From Methanobacteriota archaeon (lineage in GTDB: Archaea; Thermoplasmatota; Poseidoniia; Poseidoniales; Thalassarchaeaceae), in NCBI GenBank assembly GCA_016845345.1, contig JAERSV010000080.1, positions 8,750 through 72,749 of the forward strand: a DNA stretch of 64,000 bases, read 5' to 3'. The notes under the pieces are model-generated. The model saw only the letters and a program-made list of their open reading frames with translations. It was not told the origin of the DNA and did not search any database. The first letter of the stretch is position 1; each line of letters begins with the position of its first letter. Positions 1-9,995 of this stretch are shown here, piece after piece. The position numbers and the translations under genes are program-made.

Positions 1-668
1 TCTAATGCACGACCTGGCCCCGTCATAGACTCTTGACACAACATGCTACAAGCAAGTGGCCCAACTAATTCATCACCATGAATTGCTCCTGTAACTGTTA
101 CTACTGGCCCGGGACGAGCACCATGGATGACTGTGATTGGAGTATCCCAACTCTCACCAAGATTTACATCAAGAAGCGGCATTGAAATTCTGCGAATTGT
201 GTTGGGTTTTACCCTCTTATTTGCGATACGATGTTGTTTGGCTCCTTCAGCCCTGTCCCAATCCTTGCGTTTTCTCCTCTTTGCTTTGGACAGTGATTTT
301 TCAATCGTAGCGCGCCGCTCTTTCGGAATTTGATTACTAACTTTGAGCGTCGCCTTTTGCTTCGAAGTCGCTTTTGGCTTTGCTTTGGGCTTAGCCGTGG
401 TCTTCTTTGTCGATTTAGCCTCTGGCTTTGCTTTGGGCTTAGCCGTGGTCTTCTTTTTCGATTTAGCCTTGGAGGTTGATTTGACCGTGGCATCATTTTT
501 TGACTTCTTTGTGGATTTATCCTTGGAGATTGAATTGACCTTAGCATCACTGTTGGAATTTTTTGAGTTCGTTTTTGCTTTGGATGTGGATTTCGCCTTG
601 GTTACCTTATTTGCTACCTTCTTTGTGGCATCAATATCTGTAGAATCAGAATCATCAATTGTAGGCAC
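1..668 (-). CDS. Succinylglutamate desuccinylase/aspartoacylase (M14-like) family protein with long Lys/Ala/Ser-rich N-terminal extension; runs off the window edge
   Basis: Not in the ORF track; translated by hand. GTG at 668, preceded by SD-like GGTGAGG, opens a frame to base 1: MPTIDDSDSTD...KKTTAKPKAKPEAKSTKKTTAKPKAKPK...TVIHGARPGPVVTVTGAIHGDELVGP. G-P-x-V-x-V-x-G-A-I-H-G-D-E is the Zn-binding signature of the AstE/AspA family. Confidence 0.85.
   Translation of the reverse strand, partial: MPTIDDSDSTDIDATKKVANKVTKAKSTSKAKTNSKNSNSDAKVNSISKDKSTKKSKNDATVKSTSKAKSKKKTTAKPKAKPEAKSTKKTTAKPKAKPKATSKQKATLKVSNQIPKERRATIEKSLSKAKRRKRKDWDRAEGAKQHRIANKRVKPNTIRRISMPLLDVNLGESWDTPITVIHGARPGPVVTVTGAIHGDELVGPLACSMLCQESMTGPGRAL
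373..468. repeat. Intragenic 48-bp tandem repeat (2 copies) encoding AKS(T/K)KKTTAKPKAKP(E/K)
   Basis: tggctttgctttgggcttagccgtggtcttcttt(g/t)tcgatttagcc starts at 375 and again at 423 (period 48); degenerate related units continue to ~600. Confidence 0.9.
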
Positions 669-820
669 GAAACCTCACCCATCCAAGCCGTAGCGACTCC
701 GCTAACCGTTGCTGATGGTGATTAATCAAAAAGCCGCCGATAAAAATCTCCTCAAAATCGTGTTTTACCTCCCTCTATACAAGGGCAAAAAAGATGGGTG
801 GCCCGCTTAGCGGCTGTATA

Positions 821-1294
821 ATGGCTGACGAAGAGATAGGCGTTCAGAGAGAATTTGCACCCTCGTCAATTTGTTTTGGCTGTGGGCCTGCAAATCAGCA
901 AGGATTGCAGATAAATTCAACAAGAACTGAAGATGGATTGGAATTGTGGTTCACCACTTCAGATGAACATCAAGCATTCCCAGGAATGGTAAATGGTGGA
1001 ATTATTGGAACTTTACTCGATTGTCATGGTAATTGGACCGCGGCGATAGCAATAATGGATGCAAATGGAGACAGTGAACCACCTTGTACGGTGACCGCAT
1101 CTTATTCTGTTCAACTTCGACGCCCAACACCGGCAAATGTTCCATTACACGTAACTGCAAGAGTAAGTGAACTCTCGGGAGACCGAGCAAATGTTGAGAT
1201 GGAATTACACGCCGAAGGAAAACTCTGTGCAAAAGGAAAGGGATTGTTTGTCGCGGTTACTGAGGGGCATCCCGCTTTCCACCGATGGAGTTGA
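821..1294 (+). CDS. PaaI/hotdog-fold thioesterase
   Basis: CFGCG..N..GL N-terminus, GMVNGGIIGTLLDCH and TASYSVQLRRPTP motifs; ATG at 821 preferred over ORF-track start 794. Confidence 0.85.
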   Translation: MADEEIGVQREFAPSSICFGCGPANQQGLQINSTRTEDGLELWFTTSDEHQAFPGMVNGGIIGTLLDCHGNWTAAIAIMDANGDSEPPCTVTASYSVQLRRPTPANVPLHVTARVSELSGDRANVEMELHAEGKLCAKGKGLFVAVTEGHPAFHRWS

Positions 1295-1300
1295 AATGAT

Positions 1301-1828
1301 TTGGTAGATACATCACTTGAATTCTTGCGCTTTCGAGTGATGGGGATAATGTCTACAATGGAATCTTTGAATGAAAAAAACCTGCAACCCTTAGCAAGTG
1401 TTCCTTTGGGTAGATTACGCCAAAATGCGACAAGACTTCACGGGGTTTGCAGATTCAACAAAGGTGTTGACAAGCGCGATGTGAATCTTTGTCCGACTGA
1501 TGTCAGAGAGGTAGCACTTCACCCTGAATCTCTCAAGGCTGAGTGGTTGGAATACGCTGAATTTCTAATATTTCACGAGTTTCTTCACGCTCTTGGTCAC
1601 GGTGGGCATGATAAACAATTTAGGTATTTAGAGGCTCAATGGCCTAACAAAAAAGCAAAACAAATCGGAATTGATTTTGCAGTCCACTTGCGAAAGCGTA
1701 ATGCAAAATTTGCTTGGAAATGCCCTACTTGTGATTGGCAAACTGAACGTTCGGTACGCTCTGCGGGTCGCTACCTTTGTCGGAATTGTAAGGTAAAATT
1801 AGTTGATTGTGCTTTGAGGGTAAAATAA
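1301..1828 (+). CDS. SprT-like zinc metalloprotease with C-terminal zinc ribbon
   Basis: HEFLH motif followed by GHDKQF, then C-terminal WKCPTC...YLCRNC, the SprT-like architecture. Confidence 0.75.
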   Translation: MVDTSLEFLRFRVMGIMSTMESLNEKNLQPLASVPLGRLRQNATRLHGVCRFNKGVDKRDVNLCPTDVREVALHPESLKAEWLEYAEFLIFHEFLHALGHGGHDKQFRYLEAQWPNKKAKQIGIDFAVHLRKRNAKFAWKCPTCDWQTERSVRSAGRYLCRNCKVKLVDCALRVK

Positions 1829-1887
1829 TGCTTTTTTTACACACGAATTAGAACATTGTTCATTACCACGAGGAGACTCCATTCTGT

Positions 1888-3882
1888 ATGATGGTGAAGC
1901 CTGCTTACGCAAAGAGGGGGGTTGCGACCAGTCTTCTTCTAGTTCTAATTCTTGGATTTATATCTCCAGCAACAACAGCAGAACTCTCACAATCAACCAC
2001 AACTCTCAACCTGGTTTGTCTGTCTGATTCAAGTTGCCTGCTTGATAACACTGAAATCGGTGTTGATGTGATGTCTCGCCAAGAGGATTCCGCGTCGCCT
2101 TTATCTCCAAAAACTGTGAAAATTGAATTTATCATGAATCCCGAGCAAAGTCAACTCGCGTTACTGCCGACTATGATTGATGAATTGGTTATTGATTTTC
2201 GTATACGCGAGGATAATGCAGGATTTAATGCACCTGACTTAGTCGTCGATTTTTGGGCTGGTCCAAGTAGCAATAGTTGGACACTTTCTGGTGGTAGTCC
2301 AACCTCACCAAAAGTCGGCACCTATCGCTTAGAGGATGCTGAATTAGACCTTTCTCGCGGCCGATTAGTTAGGCCAAATGATGGGGTTGGACTTTCAATA
2401 TCATTTGAAATTTCAGAGCCTGTAACTTGGGAATTATACCTTAGAGGCGAGTCTAGAATTATCATCCCCATAGAGTGGAGTGTAGACATTAGTTCAGCGA
2501 ACGTCGATGAGCCCAGTAGTGCAAGTAATCCGGTTATTGTTGAGGATGTGGAAACCCTCTCAAAAGGTGCACTTCTTGATGCCGACCAAGATTGCTTTAG
2601 ATTCCAACTTCCCGATCACCTAAGAGCGCTGACGATGGTCATCCATTGGACCTCGGTACCACTTGAGATTGAGCAACCTCACATTCCACCTGAGTTAATT
2701 CGAGAAGGTGGGAAAACACCGCGGAATCCGGCAGTCAAAACTACTTTTGAAGCGGGAAAACAGATTACCGAAATTTTCTATGAGGACCCTCCTGAGGGGA
2801 GTTATTTGGCTTGCTGGTCTGGTGAAAATAACCACTTTCAAGAATATTCATGGTTCGGAAGATTATCTCATGAAGGATTGGGGAGCGCGTCGCCTACACA
2901 ATTTTCTGGAGATGCTAATTGGCTTGCGGGTGAGGCTTGGGTTGGGGATGTAGAACAAACCTCTGAAACAATTGCCCCACATGGATTGATGTTGTCAATT
3001 GGTTTAATTGGAACAATTGCAGGATTATTGGGATATACAATCCCTAGCAATAACCCATGGTCAAAGCGTTATGTTCTTCCAGTAGCACTATTTTTGTTGA
3101 TTATTGGTGGGGTCGCTTCACCTATTGTCGGAATGACTGGGGAGGCACCACTCGCTGGTGAATTGACTCTTGATGAGGTGTTAGAGAATCGTATGGCAGT
3201 AGTTGATGATGCTGGGCAATCCGAATCAAACGCCAATGCTGCAGCAGGATTTTTTGGCTTAGAATCAGGTGAAATCCTATCACTGAGAATGCATATTACA
3301 GGTGTTCATCCAACTGGTGATGGAAGATGGCAAATCCACACCGAAGAAATGGAAGATATCAGACTTGATAGCTATGTATTCGGTTGGGTCAGTAATCATC
3401 CAATGGGTGCTACTGATGAGGTGAGATTCATATTGCAAGCAGGCCATTCTCTTACACTTGACTTACTAATGTTGGAGGCATTACTCGTAGTTGATGAGAA
3501 GCCTGCTGGCGAATTAGTACACATCGAGTGGCGAATGACTTCATCTCAACCTGCAGGATCAGCAACCGAACCAATTTGGTCGACTCGTCCTGACTCAATT
3601 TCTTCGTCAGATTGGAAAACCATGCAAGAGGAACTTTATCCAAAATTATTGACGATTTCATATTGTGACTGCGGGATTGATGGTATGGAAATTAGTTGGC
3701 TTTCAAGTGGTAACTTTGATTCCAATAGCATTCCACAAGTTGGGGGAATCACAGTTACCGAAGGATTGGTATCAAATGAGAAATTATGGCTCACTTGTGG
3801 TATCGGTTTACTACTATTTGCAGGCGGAATAGAATATTACAGGGTGAAAGCGGCTGAAAAACTTGCCAAAGAATTCCTTTGA
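1888..3882 (+). CDS. Hypothetical secreted/membrane protein (signal peptide, internal TM pair, C-terminal TM)
   Basis: 664-aa ORF with hydrophobic N-terminus, two central hydrophobic helices and C-terminal anchor LWLTCGIGLLLFAGGIEYYRVK. Confidence 0.75.
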   Translation: MMVKPAYAKRGVATSLLLVLILGFISPATTAELSQSTTTLNLVCLSDSSCLLDNTEIGVDVMSRQEDSASPLSPKTVKIEFIMNPEQSQLALLPTMIDELVIDFRIREDNAGFNAPDLVVDFWAGPSSNSWTLSGGSPTSPKVGTYRLEDAELDLSRGRLVRPNDGVGLSISFEISEPVTWELYLRGESRIIIPIEWSVDISSANVDEPSSASNPVIVEDVETLSKGALLDADQDCFRFQLPDHLRALTMVIHWTSVPLEIEQPHIPPELIREGGKTPRNPAVKTTFEAGKQITEIFYEDPPEGSYLACWSGENNHFQEYSWFGRLSHEGLGSASPTQFSGDANWLAGEAWVGDVEQTSETIAPHGLMLSIGLIGTIAGLLGYTIPSNNPWSKRYVLPVALFLLIIGGVASPIVGMTGEAPLAGELTLDEVLENRMAVVDDAGQSESNANAAAGFFGLESGEILSLRMHITGVHPTGDGRWQIHTEEMEDIRLDSYVFGWVSNHPMGATDEVRFILQAGHSLTLDLLMLEALLVVDEKPAGELVHIEWRMTSSQPAGSATEPIWSTRPDSISSSDWKTMQEELYPKLLTISYCDCGIDGMEISWLSSGNFDSNSIPQVGGITVTEGLVSNEKLWLTCGIGLLLFAGGIEYYRVKAAEKLAKEFL

Positions 3883-3892
3883 AATCACTCAA

Positions 3893-3928
3893 CAAAACCG
3901 CCGTTAGGACGGAAGCGTTTTTTCTTTA
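3893..3928. terminator. Possible bidirectional terminator between convergent genes
   Basis: aaaaccg-ccgt-tagg-acgg-aagcg-ttttttt: imperfect hairpin flanked by A-run and T-run. Confidence 0.4.
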
Positions 3929-3931
3929 GAC

Positions 3932-4591
3932 TCAATCAAAACTGCCTAAGATTTCATCAAGCATTTTCTTTTCTTCATCATCAATGATGCCATCTTCAAG
4001 AGCATCGCGGATTTTAACACGCTCTTCTTCACTCAGATTTGCTGCTTCCATCGCACCTTCAATCAATGCCAATTCTGCAGTTGTAACTTTTTCATCTTCA
4101 ACCGCCGCGTTAATTGCCGCTCGAGTAGCAATCCTCGCCGCTTGCCTTGGTGGAATTTCCAAAGCAGACGAAAGTAAAGTCAATTCATCGTGCTCATCCT
4201 GTGTGAGAACACCGTCCTCGTAGGCCCGATGGTAAGCCTCAAGCAGAAACCTCCCATACTGGTCAGGGTGCAAAAGTACGTCCCTGATTAACCCATAATC
4301 GACCACTCTCTTTGAGACAGGGTGTGATATTCCTAGTGAGGCGCGTATCTCTTTCACGGCCATGTCTTTCAAACCGTGCCCAACCCATGCTAAACCTAGT
4401 GCGATAACTCCCGAACCAAGCCACTGCATAGTTGCTGGTGCGAAAAGTGAGCCGGGGTGCATAAGTTGATTGAGTCCAATAACGATTAACAAAGAACCCC
4501 AAAACATCTCTAGCCAGTCGTTGACATCTCTCTCATCAGCGAGGTCATCTAGTGTCGGCCCGTCCTCTGTCATCGTTTTGACACGGTGCAC
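3932..4591 (-). CDS. Membrane protein with C-terminal TerB-like helical region
   Basis: Two N-terminal TM helices; three D-G/E-x-I/L/V-T/D-x-x-E repeats (DGVLTQDE, DEKVTTAE, DGIIDDEE) reminiscent of TerB-like domains. Confidence 0.6.
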   Translation of the reverse strand: MHRVKTMTEDGPTLDDLADERDVNDWLEMFWGSLLIVIGLNQLMHPGSLFAPATMQWLGSGVIALGLAWVGHGLKDMAVKEIRASLGISHPVSKRVVDYGLIRDVLLHPDQYGRFLLEAYHRAYEDGVLTQDEHDELTLLSSALEIPPRQAARIATRAAINAAVEDEKVTTAELALIEGAMEAANLSEEERVKIRDALEDGIIDDEEKKMLDEILGSFD

Positions 4592-4793
4592 AGTAGCCCT
4601 TCAAACTATCCACATAATCATCCGGAATTTAGGCTGAAGGAAAGGAATCATGTATTGTCAATAGACAGAATAATTGTTCATTAGTTGTGAGGTTTATACT
4701 ACGTATAATTTTTTATTATTTTGATAATTTCTTGAGGGTAAATGTGAATTTCCATCGCTATCCTCTTGAACCTTGGTTTGTAGACTTGCTTGC

Positions 4794-7364
4794 ATGGCGA
4801 AGGAAAGGAGTGGTTCTCCCTCGCAATTCGGCTTGCCAAAAAAGTTGGTTGAGTTCCTTTCAGACACCTGGGAAATCACAAGTTTTCATCCACCTCAGAT
4901 AGAGGCCTTGCCAATAGTGCTAGCAGGTGAAAATCTGCTGTTAGCAGCGCCAACTGCAAGTGGAAAAACACTCGTAGCGCAGTTGGCGATTTTCAAAAAA
5001 TTGGTTGAAATTGAACCGGGTAGTAGAGCCATTTACATCGTTCCATTGAAGGCTTTAGCAAGTGAAAAAGTTACTGAAATGGAAGAACTTGCGGAACCAC
5101 TCAATCTAACCGTTGGTATTGGAATTGGGGACAGAAGTTCTGAAAATCGCAAGATTGATGATGCTGATATTATTGTTTGTACATCTGAAAAATTTGATTC
5201 ACTGCTTCGTAATCGCAATAATTTTCTCGACAAAGTAAGCATTGTGATAGCGGATGAAATCCATCTAGTCAATGATACTGGAAGAGGGCCGACGTTAGAG
5301 ATTAATTTAGCCCGAATCATGCATGAAAAACCAGATGCACAGATTGTTGCGTTATCGGCCACGGTTGGCAATTCTCAAGATGTGGCCGATTGGCTGAAGG
5401 CAAAACTAGTTGTCTCAAATTGGCGGCCTGTTCCACTGCGTTACGCTACATTAGCGGATTTACAAGTTGAAGTTAGAAAAGAAATCTGTGCAGATGCCGA
5501 AGATGTTCCACTCCCACCGCCTAAATTTCTTGAAGGACCTAAATCAAACCAAGTTTGGGCTGTACTCTGTGATACCATCAAGGATGATGGTCAACTATTA
5601 TGCTTCGTCTCTACAAGAAAGTCGGCCCAATCTGTTGCCAAAGATTTAGCAAAAAGAACGAAGGCTAATGCTAAAAAAAATAATGACGAGAAATCTCTAA
5701 AAGTTTGGAAAAATCTTTCTGAAAAATCCAGAACAGGAACGGAAGGTTCCCAAACAGGGGACATTCTAGCAGATTGCCTAGCCGGAGGAGTAGCCTTTCA
5801 TCACGCAGGCCTAACATCAAAGCAAAGAAAATTGATTGAGCAATCTTTCAAACGTGGAGACCTAGTTTGTATTAGTGCTACGCCTACCTTGGCTGCAGGG
5901 GTAAATCTTCCAGCAAGACGAGTTCTAATCCGTGACCTTCGCCGTTGGGACGGCAACGGCAGTCAACTACTCTCAACAATGGAGGTTCAACAGATGATGG
6001 GACGAGCTGGTAGACCTCAATTTGATGATTATGGAGAAGCGTGGATTCGCTGTAAGAGTATTCTTGATGCTGATGTGATGTCAGAATTGTACTTTGAATC
6101 AGAGCCAGAAGACATCGTCTCAAAACTACACTTAGAATCCCCAATGAGAATGCATGTTCTCTCTGCTATTGCAACCGGTGGAAAATACAATCGATTAGAA
6201 CTTGGTGAATTCTTTAGCCATACTTTCTTAGCCACAGATGTACCACCTGAAAGCCTCGCTGACAACATTGACGGGATTGTTGATTGGCTATGTGACCACG
6301 ACATGGTTGAAAGAATGGGATTAGATGAAAAGTTGGCAGCAACTATTGAATCCGAGCGCCAGCAAAAAAATGATGCTGAAACCGAAAAGATAGCCCAAAG
6401 TGAAATTGAGGAAGATTGGGATGATACCTTACCTCCTTGGGCTAGTGCCGCCTCAGCAACTACTGGCGTGACATTTGATAACAGCCCAGAAAAAGTGACG
6501 CGCCCGAAAAGGAAAGGAGCCGCAGTAATGGGTTTCCAGTCTGCATCAGATATCGTCAGAAGCAATCGGTTTGAGCCAGTTTTACCCGAACAAGAAGCTA
6601 TGACGTACAGAGCCACCCCTTTTGGAGAAAGAGTTGCACGACTCTACCTTGACCCCCTTTCAGGCCATGTCCTACAAGTTGGATTGAGAAAAGCGTGTGA
6701 GATAATTGCAGGTCTTGATGATGAGTTGACACTTTCACCTTACAGTCTACTTCATCTGATTTCTACGGTACCTGATTTCATGGTGCTCTGGCCACGTGTT
6801 TCAGAAGGTGAGCGATTACAACGGAGATTACTCTCTGGAGAATCTCATGAATTAATCACTCATGATTTACTGATGCAAACAAAATTGGATTTAGACCCAC
6901 TCGTCTTTGTCAAGTGTGCTGCTGCTATGGAAGCATGGATTGATGAACTTAGCAGTCGAGATATTGAAATGAAATTTGGAGTTCCTCCAGGTGATTTACG
7001 TATAAGGATAGAATTAGCCGATTGGCTTCTTTATGCAGGCCGTGAAATCACTCGATATGATGAGGGTGATGACGAAATACTTGAGCAACCAAGGAAACAA
7101 TTGATCAGACTTTTGGACGAATTGCGATTACGGATTGCAAACGGATGTAAACCTGATTTACTTGAATTAGTCGCAATTCGTGGTGTCGGCAGAATTAGAG
7201 CGCGCCGGTTTGCTAAGATGGGAGTAAGAACAATTGAAGATGTACTTGAGTTGACAGAAAAGGACAAACAAAGTTTAGCGGACCAACGTGGTTGGAGTCT
7301 CCAATTAGTAGATGGAATCATTGAACAGGCAACTAAAGTCAGAGGCGTCAGTCGCCGCAGATGA
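4794..7364 (+). CDS. hel308: Hel308/Ski2-like ATP-dependent DNA helicase
   Basis: APTASGKT, PLKALASEK, DEIH, ALSAT, FHHAGL, TPTLAAGVNLPA, QMMGRAGRP, RLYLDP and C-terminal HhH (IRGVGRIRAR); ATG at 4794 preferred. Confidence 0.92.
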   Translation: MAKERSGSPSQFGLPKKLVEFLSDTWEITSFHPPQIEALPIVLAGENLLLAAPTASGKTLVAQLAIFKKLVEIEPGSRAIYIVPLKALASEKVTEMEELAEPLNLTVGIGIGDRSSENRKIDDADIIVCTSEKFDSLLRNRNNFLDKVSIVIADEIHLVNDTGRGPTLEINLARIMHEKPDAQIVALSATVGNSQDVADWLKAKLVVSNWRPVPLRYATLADLQVEVRKEICADAEDVPLPPPKFLEGPKSNQVWAVLCDTIKDDGQLLCFVSTRKSAQSVAKDLAKRTKANAKKNNDEKSLKVWKNLSEKSRTGTEGSQTGDILADCLAGGVAFHHAGLTSKQRKLIEQSFKRGDLVCISATPTLAAGVNLPARRVLIRDLRRWDGNGSQLLSTMEVQQMMGRAGRPQFDDYGEAWIRCKSILDADVMSELYFESEPEDIVSKLHLESPMRMHVLSAIATGGKYNRLELGEFFSHTFLATDVPPESLADNIDGIVDWLCDHDMVERMGLDEKLAATIESERQQKNDAETEKIAQSEIEEDWDDTLPPWASAASATTGVTFDNSPEKVTRPKRKGAAVMGFQSASDIVRSNRFEPVLPEQEAMTYRATPFGERVARLYLDPLSGHVLQVGLRKACEIIAGLDDELTLSPYSLLHLISTVPDFMVLWPRVSEGERLQRRLLSGESHELITHDLLMQTKLDLDPLVFVKCAAAMEAWIDELSSRDIEMKFGVPPGDLRIRIELADWLLYAGREITRYDEGDDEILEQPRKQLIRLLDELRLRIANGCKPDLLELVAIRGVGRIRARRFAKMGVRTIEDVLELTEKDKQSLADQRGWSLQLVDGIIEQATKVRGVSRRR

Positions 7365-7951
7365 TATGGTGGGTAGCCCACAGCGGTGGCTTGATGGAAG
7401 AGGCTACCCCACCTTGGTTCAGCGCCTGGTCAATCAAATTTGAAAAACCCGTTTCTGATCCAAGACTTATTGCCGCGATGTTATTACAGAAACGAAAAGA
7501 TGAACGCTGGTTGTTATTGGGACACCCAGCACCTGTATCTGAAAGACACTTGTGGAGTGTATGGCTTGCACTCAGAGAGAGAGTGTTAGCAGAAAAAATG
7601 GTGAGCGTTTCCTTAGATGGTGAATTTATCCGATTACTTGCCCGAACCCATCAAATGAGCGTAGCGTTCAAGCGGGCAGGAATTCAAAATGGAGATAAAA
7701 AAGCCTGGTTGGTTCGATTACCAGAGTGGCACGATACCAATGAAGAAATCCAACTTGATACGGATGATGGAACACATGATGCTGACGCCTATGAATTGAT
7801 GAGTTGGTTAGATGCTGAATATAATCCTGAACGGCCGTCACCCTCTGAACATACAATTAATCGACTCGAGATAGAAAATGATTTGCTAAATTCAGGTAGC
7901 ACCATTGAGGAATTTATGATGATGCAACTTTCCCTTACTGATATTGATTAA
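7361..7951 (+). CDS. cgi121: KEOPS complex subunit Cgi121-like protein
   Basis: SERHL...S.SLDGEFIRLLARTHQMSVAFKRAGI resembles the Cgi121 core (E.l.yasg.rQI..A....G); overlaps the hel308 stop; true start may be ~7394. Confidence 0.6.
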   Translation: MIWWVAHSGGLMEEATPPWFSAWSIKFEKPVSDPRLIAAMLLQKRKDERWLLLGHPAPVSERHLWSVWLALRERVLAEKMVSVSLDGEFIRLLARTHQMSVAFKRAGIQNGDKKAWLVRLPEWHDTNEEIQLDTDDGTHDADAYELMSWLDAEYNPERPSPSEHTINRLEIENDLLNSGSTIEEFMMMQLSLTDID

Positions 7952-8017
7952 TATTCATTAAATTTAGATGAAAAATCCGTTGGGTTCATAGAGCGATGAC
8001 CTAGCCCCAATAATTGT

Positions 8018-8260
8018 ATGAGCCGCTTTCATGGATACGGATTATGTGCCACTTGTGAATCTGCAAATGCAAACGGGCATTTTTTAGATTTGAATGGTGA
8101 GCGCTTCTGTCTGCCATGCTATGTTTTGAAAGTCAATCCAGAGCACCCCTCAACTGCTGAGATGAAAGCTGCTAAAGAACTAGCATTAGCAACGTGGAAA
8201 TGTGCAAAATGGAGCCGGTCTGACTACAAATTGCCCAATGGGCCTCATTCAGTATCTTGA
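8018..8260 (+). CDS. Small zinc-finger protein
   Basis: 80-aa ORF with CATC...CLPC that fills the gap up to the convergent radA stop. Confidence 0.55.
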   Translation: MSRFHGYGLCATCESANANGHFLDLNGERFCLPCYVLKVNPEHPSTAEMKAAKELALATWKCAKWSRSDYKLPNGPHSVS

Positions 8261-8261
8261 A

Positions 8262-9302
8262 TCAATCTCTGATTCCTTCGCCTGTCACCATGAAGACTGC
8301 TTCGCCTTCTGGCAAGTTTGGTGAATCGACTAATCTTCCAATTCTTCGGCCACCTTTTGATTTGCGTAAGTATAGACGGAATGTGCTTGCGTGGCCGACA
8401 ATATGGCCACCGATTGGCTTTGTTGGGTCACCCCACATTGCATCGGGCTTGGAATGAACCTGGTTAGTTACCAACACTAATGCATTACTAACATCAGCTA
8501 ATTGCTTGAGTTCCTTCAAATGCTTGTTCAACTTCTGTTGGCGCTCAGCTAGTTTTCCTCGCCCAAGGAATTCTGCTCTGAAATGACTTGTCAATGAATC
8601 AACAATGACCATCTTGACCTCGATGTTCTTTGCCATTCTCTTGATTTCATCAACTAACAACATTTGATGTGCGGAATTGTAAGCGCGAGCCACATGGATT
8701 CTCTCAAGGACCAGTTCTGGATCTAATCCATTTCCACGAGCCATTTGGGAAATTCTCTCAGGCCTAAATGTGTCTTCTGTATCAATGTAGAATACCTCTC
8801 CGCCAAGACCGCCTTCGGAAATTGGCATTGTGGCATTGACTGCTAACTGATGACCAATTTGGGTCTTTCCTGACCCAAATTCACCATACACTTCGCATAT
8901 TGCTTGGGTTTCAAAGCCACCACCGAATAATTCGTCTACAGCAACACTACTTGATGTTAATTTGAGCACTTCACTGCGCTTTTCAAGCAAAGCATTGCCA
9001 CTCAAAAATCCACCAATGTTTGCTAATTTTTTGGCACCAGCGATGATTTTTGCTGAAACTGCTTCACCAAGTTCTGCAGCATCTGCCAACGCACTTGGGG
9101 ACATGACTGCTATTGCTAACATGTCATCAAAACCAGCCTCTCTCAACTTCTCCGCAGTCGCGGGACCCACGCCTGGAAGGTCATCAAGTGTAGGCTCATC
9201 TTCGGGGACTTCTACCACCACCGTGTCCTCCTCTTCATCTAGGGAAACGTCGTCCACCTTCAATTCTTCTTCATCAATTTCTTTTTCTTTTTTTGCAGCC
9301 AT
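8262..9302 (-). CDS. radA: DNA repair and recombination protein RadA
   Basis: N-terminal HhH ([15 protein letters not shown]), [53 protein letters not shown]; start MAAKK at 9302. Confidence 0.97.
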   Translation of the reverse strand: MAAKKEKEIDEEELKVDDVSLDEEEDTVVVEVPEDEPTLDDLPGVGPATAEKLREAGFDDMLAIAVMSPSALADAAELGEAVSAKIIAGAKKLANIGGFLSGNALLEKRSEVLKLTSSSVAVDELFGGGFETQAICEVYGEFGSGKTQIGHQLAVNATMPISEGGLGGEVFYIDTEDTFRPERISQMARGNGLDPELVLERIHVARAYNSAHQMLLVDEIKRMAKNIEVKMVIVDSLTSHFRAEFLGRGKLAERQQKLNKHLKELKQLADVSNALVLVTNQVHSKPDAMWGDPTKPIGGHIVGHASTFRLYLRKSKGGRRIGRLVDSPNLPEGEAVFMVTGEGIRD

Positions 9303-9469
9303 TATCTCAACTCCTTCTTGGACCGACCTTTGATGGCAGGGGTATATCAACCAATTATGGAGGGAGTTAACCCGGTTGAAAGTGATTGGCTATGGTAAAT
9401 CACTATTTATTGCTCAAATTCAAAATTGTTCACTTTCAGTTTTGATTCACTAAAAAGTGAAACTGAAAT

Positions 9470-9988
9470 CTAATATTTCCCTTTCATTCCTCTTTTCAAA
9501 CCAAATACAATAGGAATAAACCCCAACAAGCCAAAGATAATGAAATCAAATAATGCACTTCCTACATCCCATAATGCCGAAAAACCAAGATCACTGTCCA
9601 AAATTTCGAGTGTAACTACTAAATTTAAAGAAACTGCCGCGAAGACATACAAGCCTGGCGCTCTCTTCTGTTTGAGAATTAGAAATCCACAAATCAGAAA
9701 AATAATTCCAAGAAACAGATTTTTGAAGGTAGAATATTCTTGGAATTCCTCGAAATTAGGAAAATCAACGAAGAAATTCAATGCAATTAACAATTTCAAG
9801 AATCCTCCAAGGATCAGAATTCTGCCGCTTCCAGCATAAATCCAAAATGGTTCTTCCATAATCAGAGGATGCGGTTGCTTCTCTGGTTTCTCACCAGCAC
9901 TTATCACAGCAAACTCCCGCTCGCCTGGAATCGTTTCCAAGGTTTTCTCATCCACGAACCCATCGGAGATGTTGACTATTATCAACAT
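9470..9988 (-). CDS. Hypothetical membrane protein (about 4 TM helices)
   Basis: 172-aa ORF with a hydrophobic C-terminal half; followed by inverted repeat TTTCAGTTT...AAACTGAAA at ~9434-9468. Confidence 0.6.
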   Translation of the reverse strand: MLIIVNISDGFVDEKTLETIPGEREFAVISAGEKPEKQPHPLIMEEPFWIYAGSGRILILGGFLKLLIALNFFVDFPNFEEFQEYSTFKNLFLGIIFLICGFLILKQKRAPGLYVFAAVSLNLVVTLEILDSDLGFSALWDVGSALFDFIIFGLLGFIPIVFGLKRGMKGKY

Positions 9989-9995
9989 TCACTAA

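Noticed and set aside
209..693. ORF-track entries 209-550 (minus) and 343-693 (plus)
   Set aside because: They are alternative-frame shadows of the repetitive Lys-rich N-terminus of the real minus-strand gene 1-668.
4680..4745. AT-rich tract as a replication origin
   Set aside because: No ORB-like repeats and no adjacent cdc6/orc1; better explained as divergent promoter DNA.
6315..9302. Inteins in Hel308 or RadA
   Set aside because: RadA is of normal length with an uninterrupted P-loop; the Hel308 insertion lacks C/S-start, HN-end and LAGLIDADG motifs.
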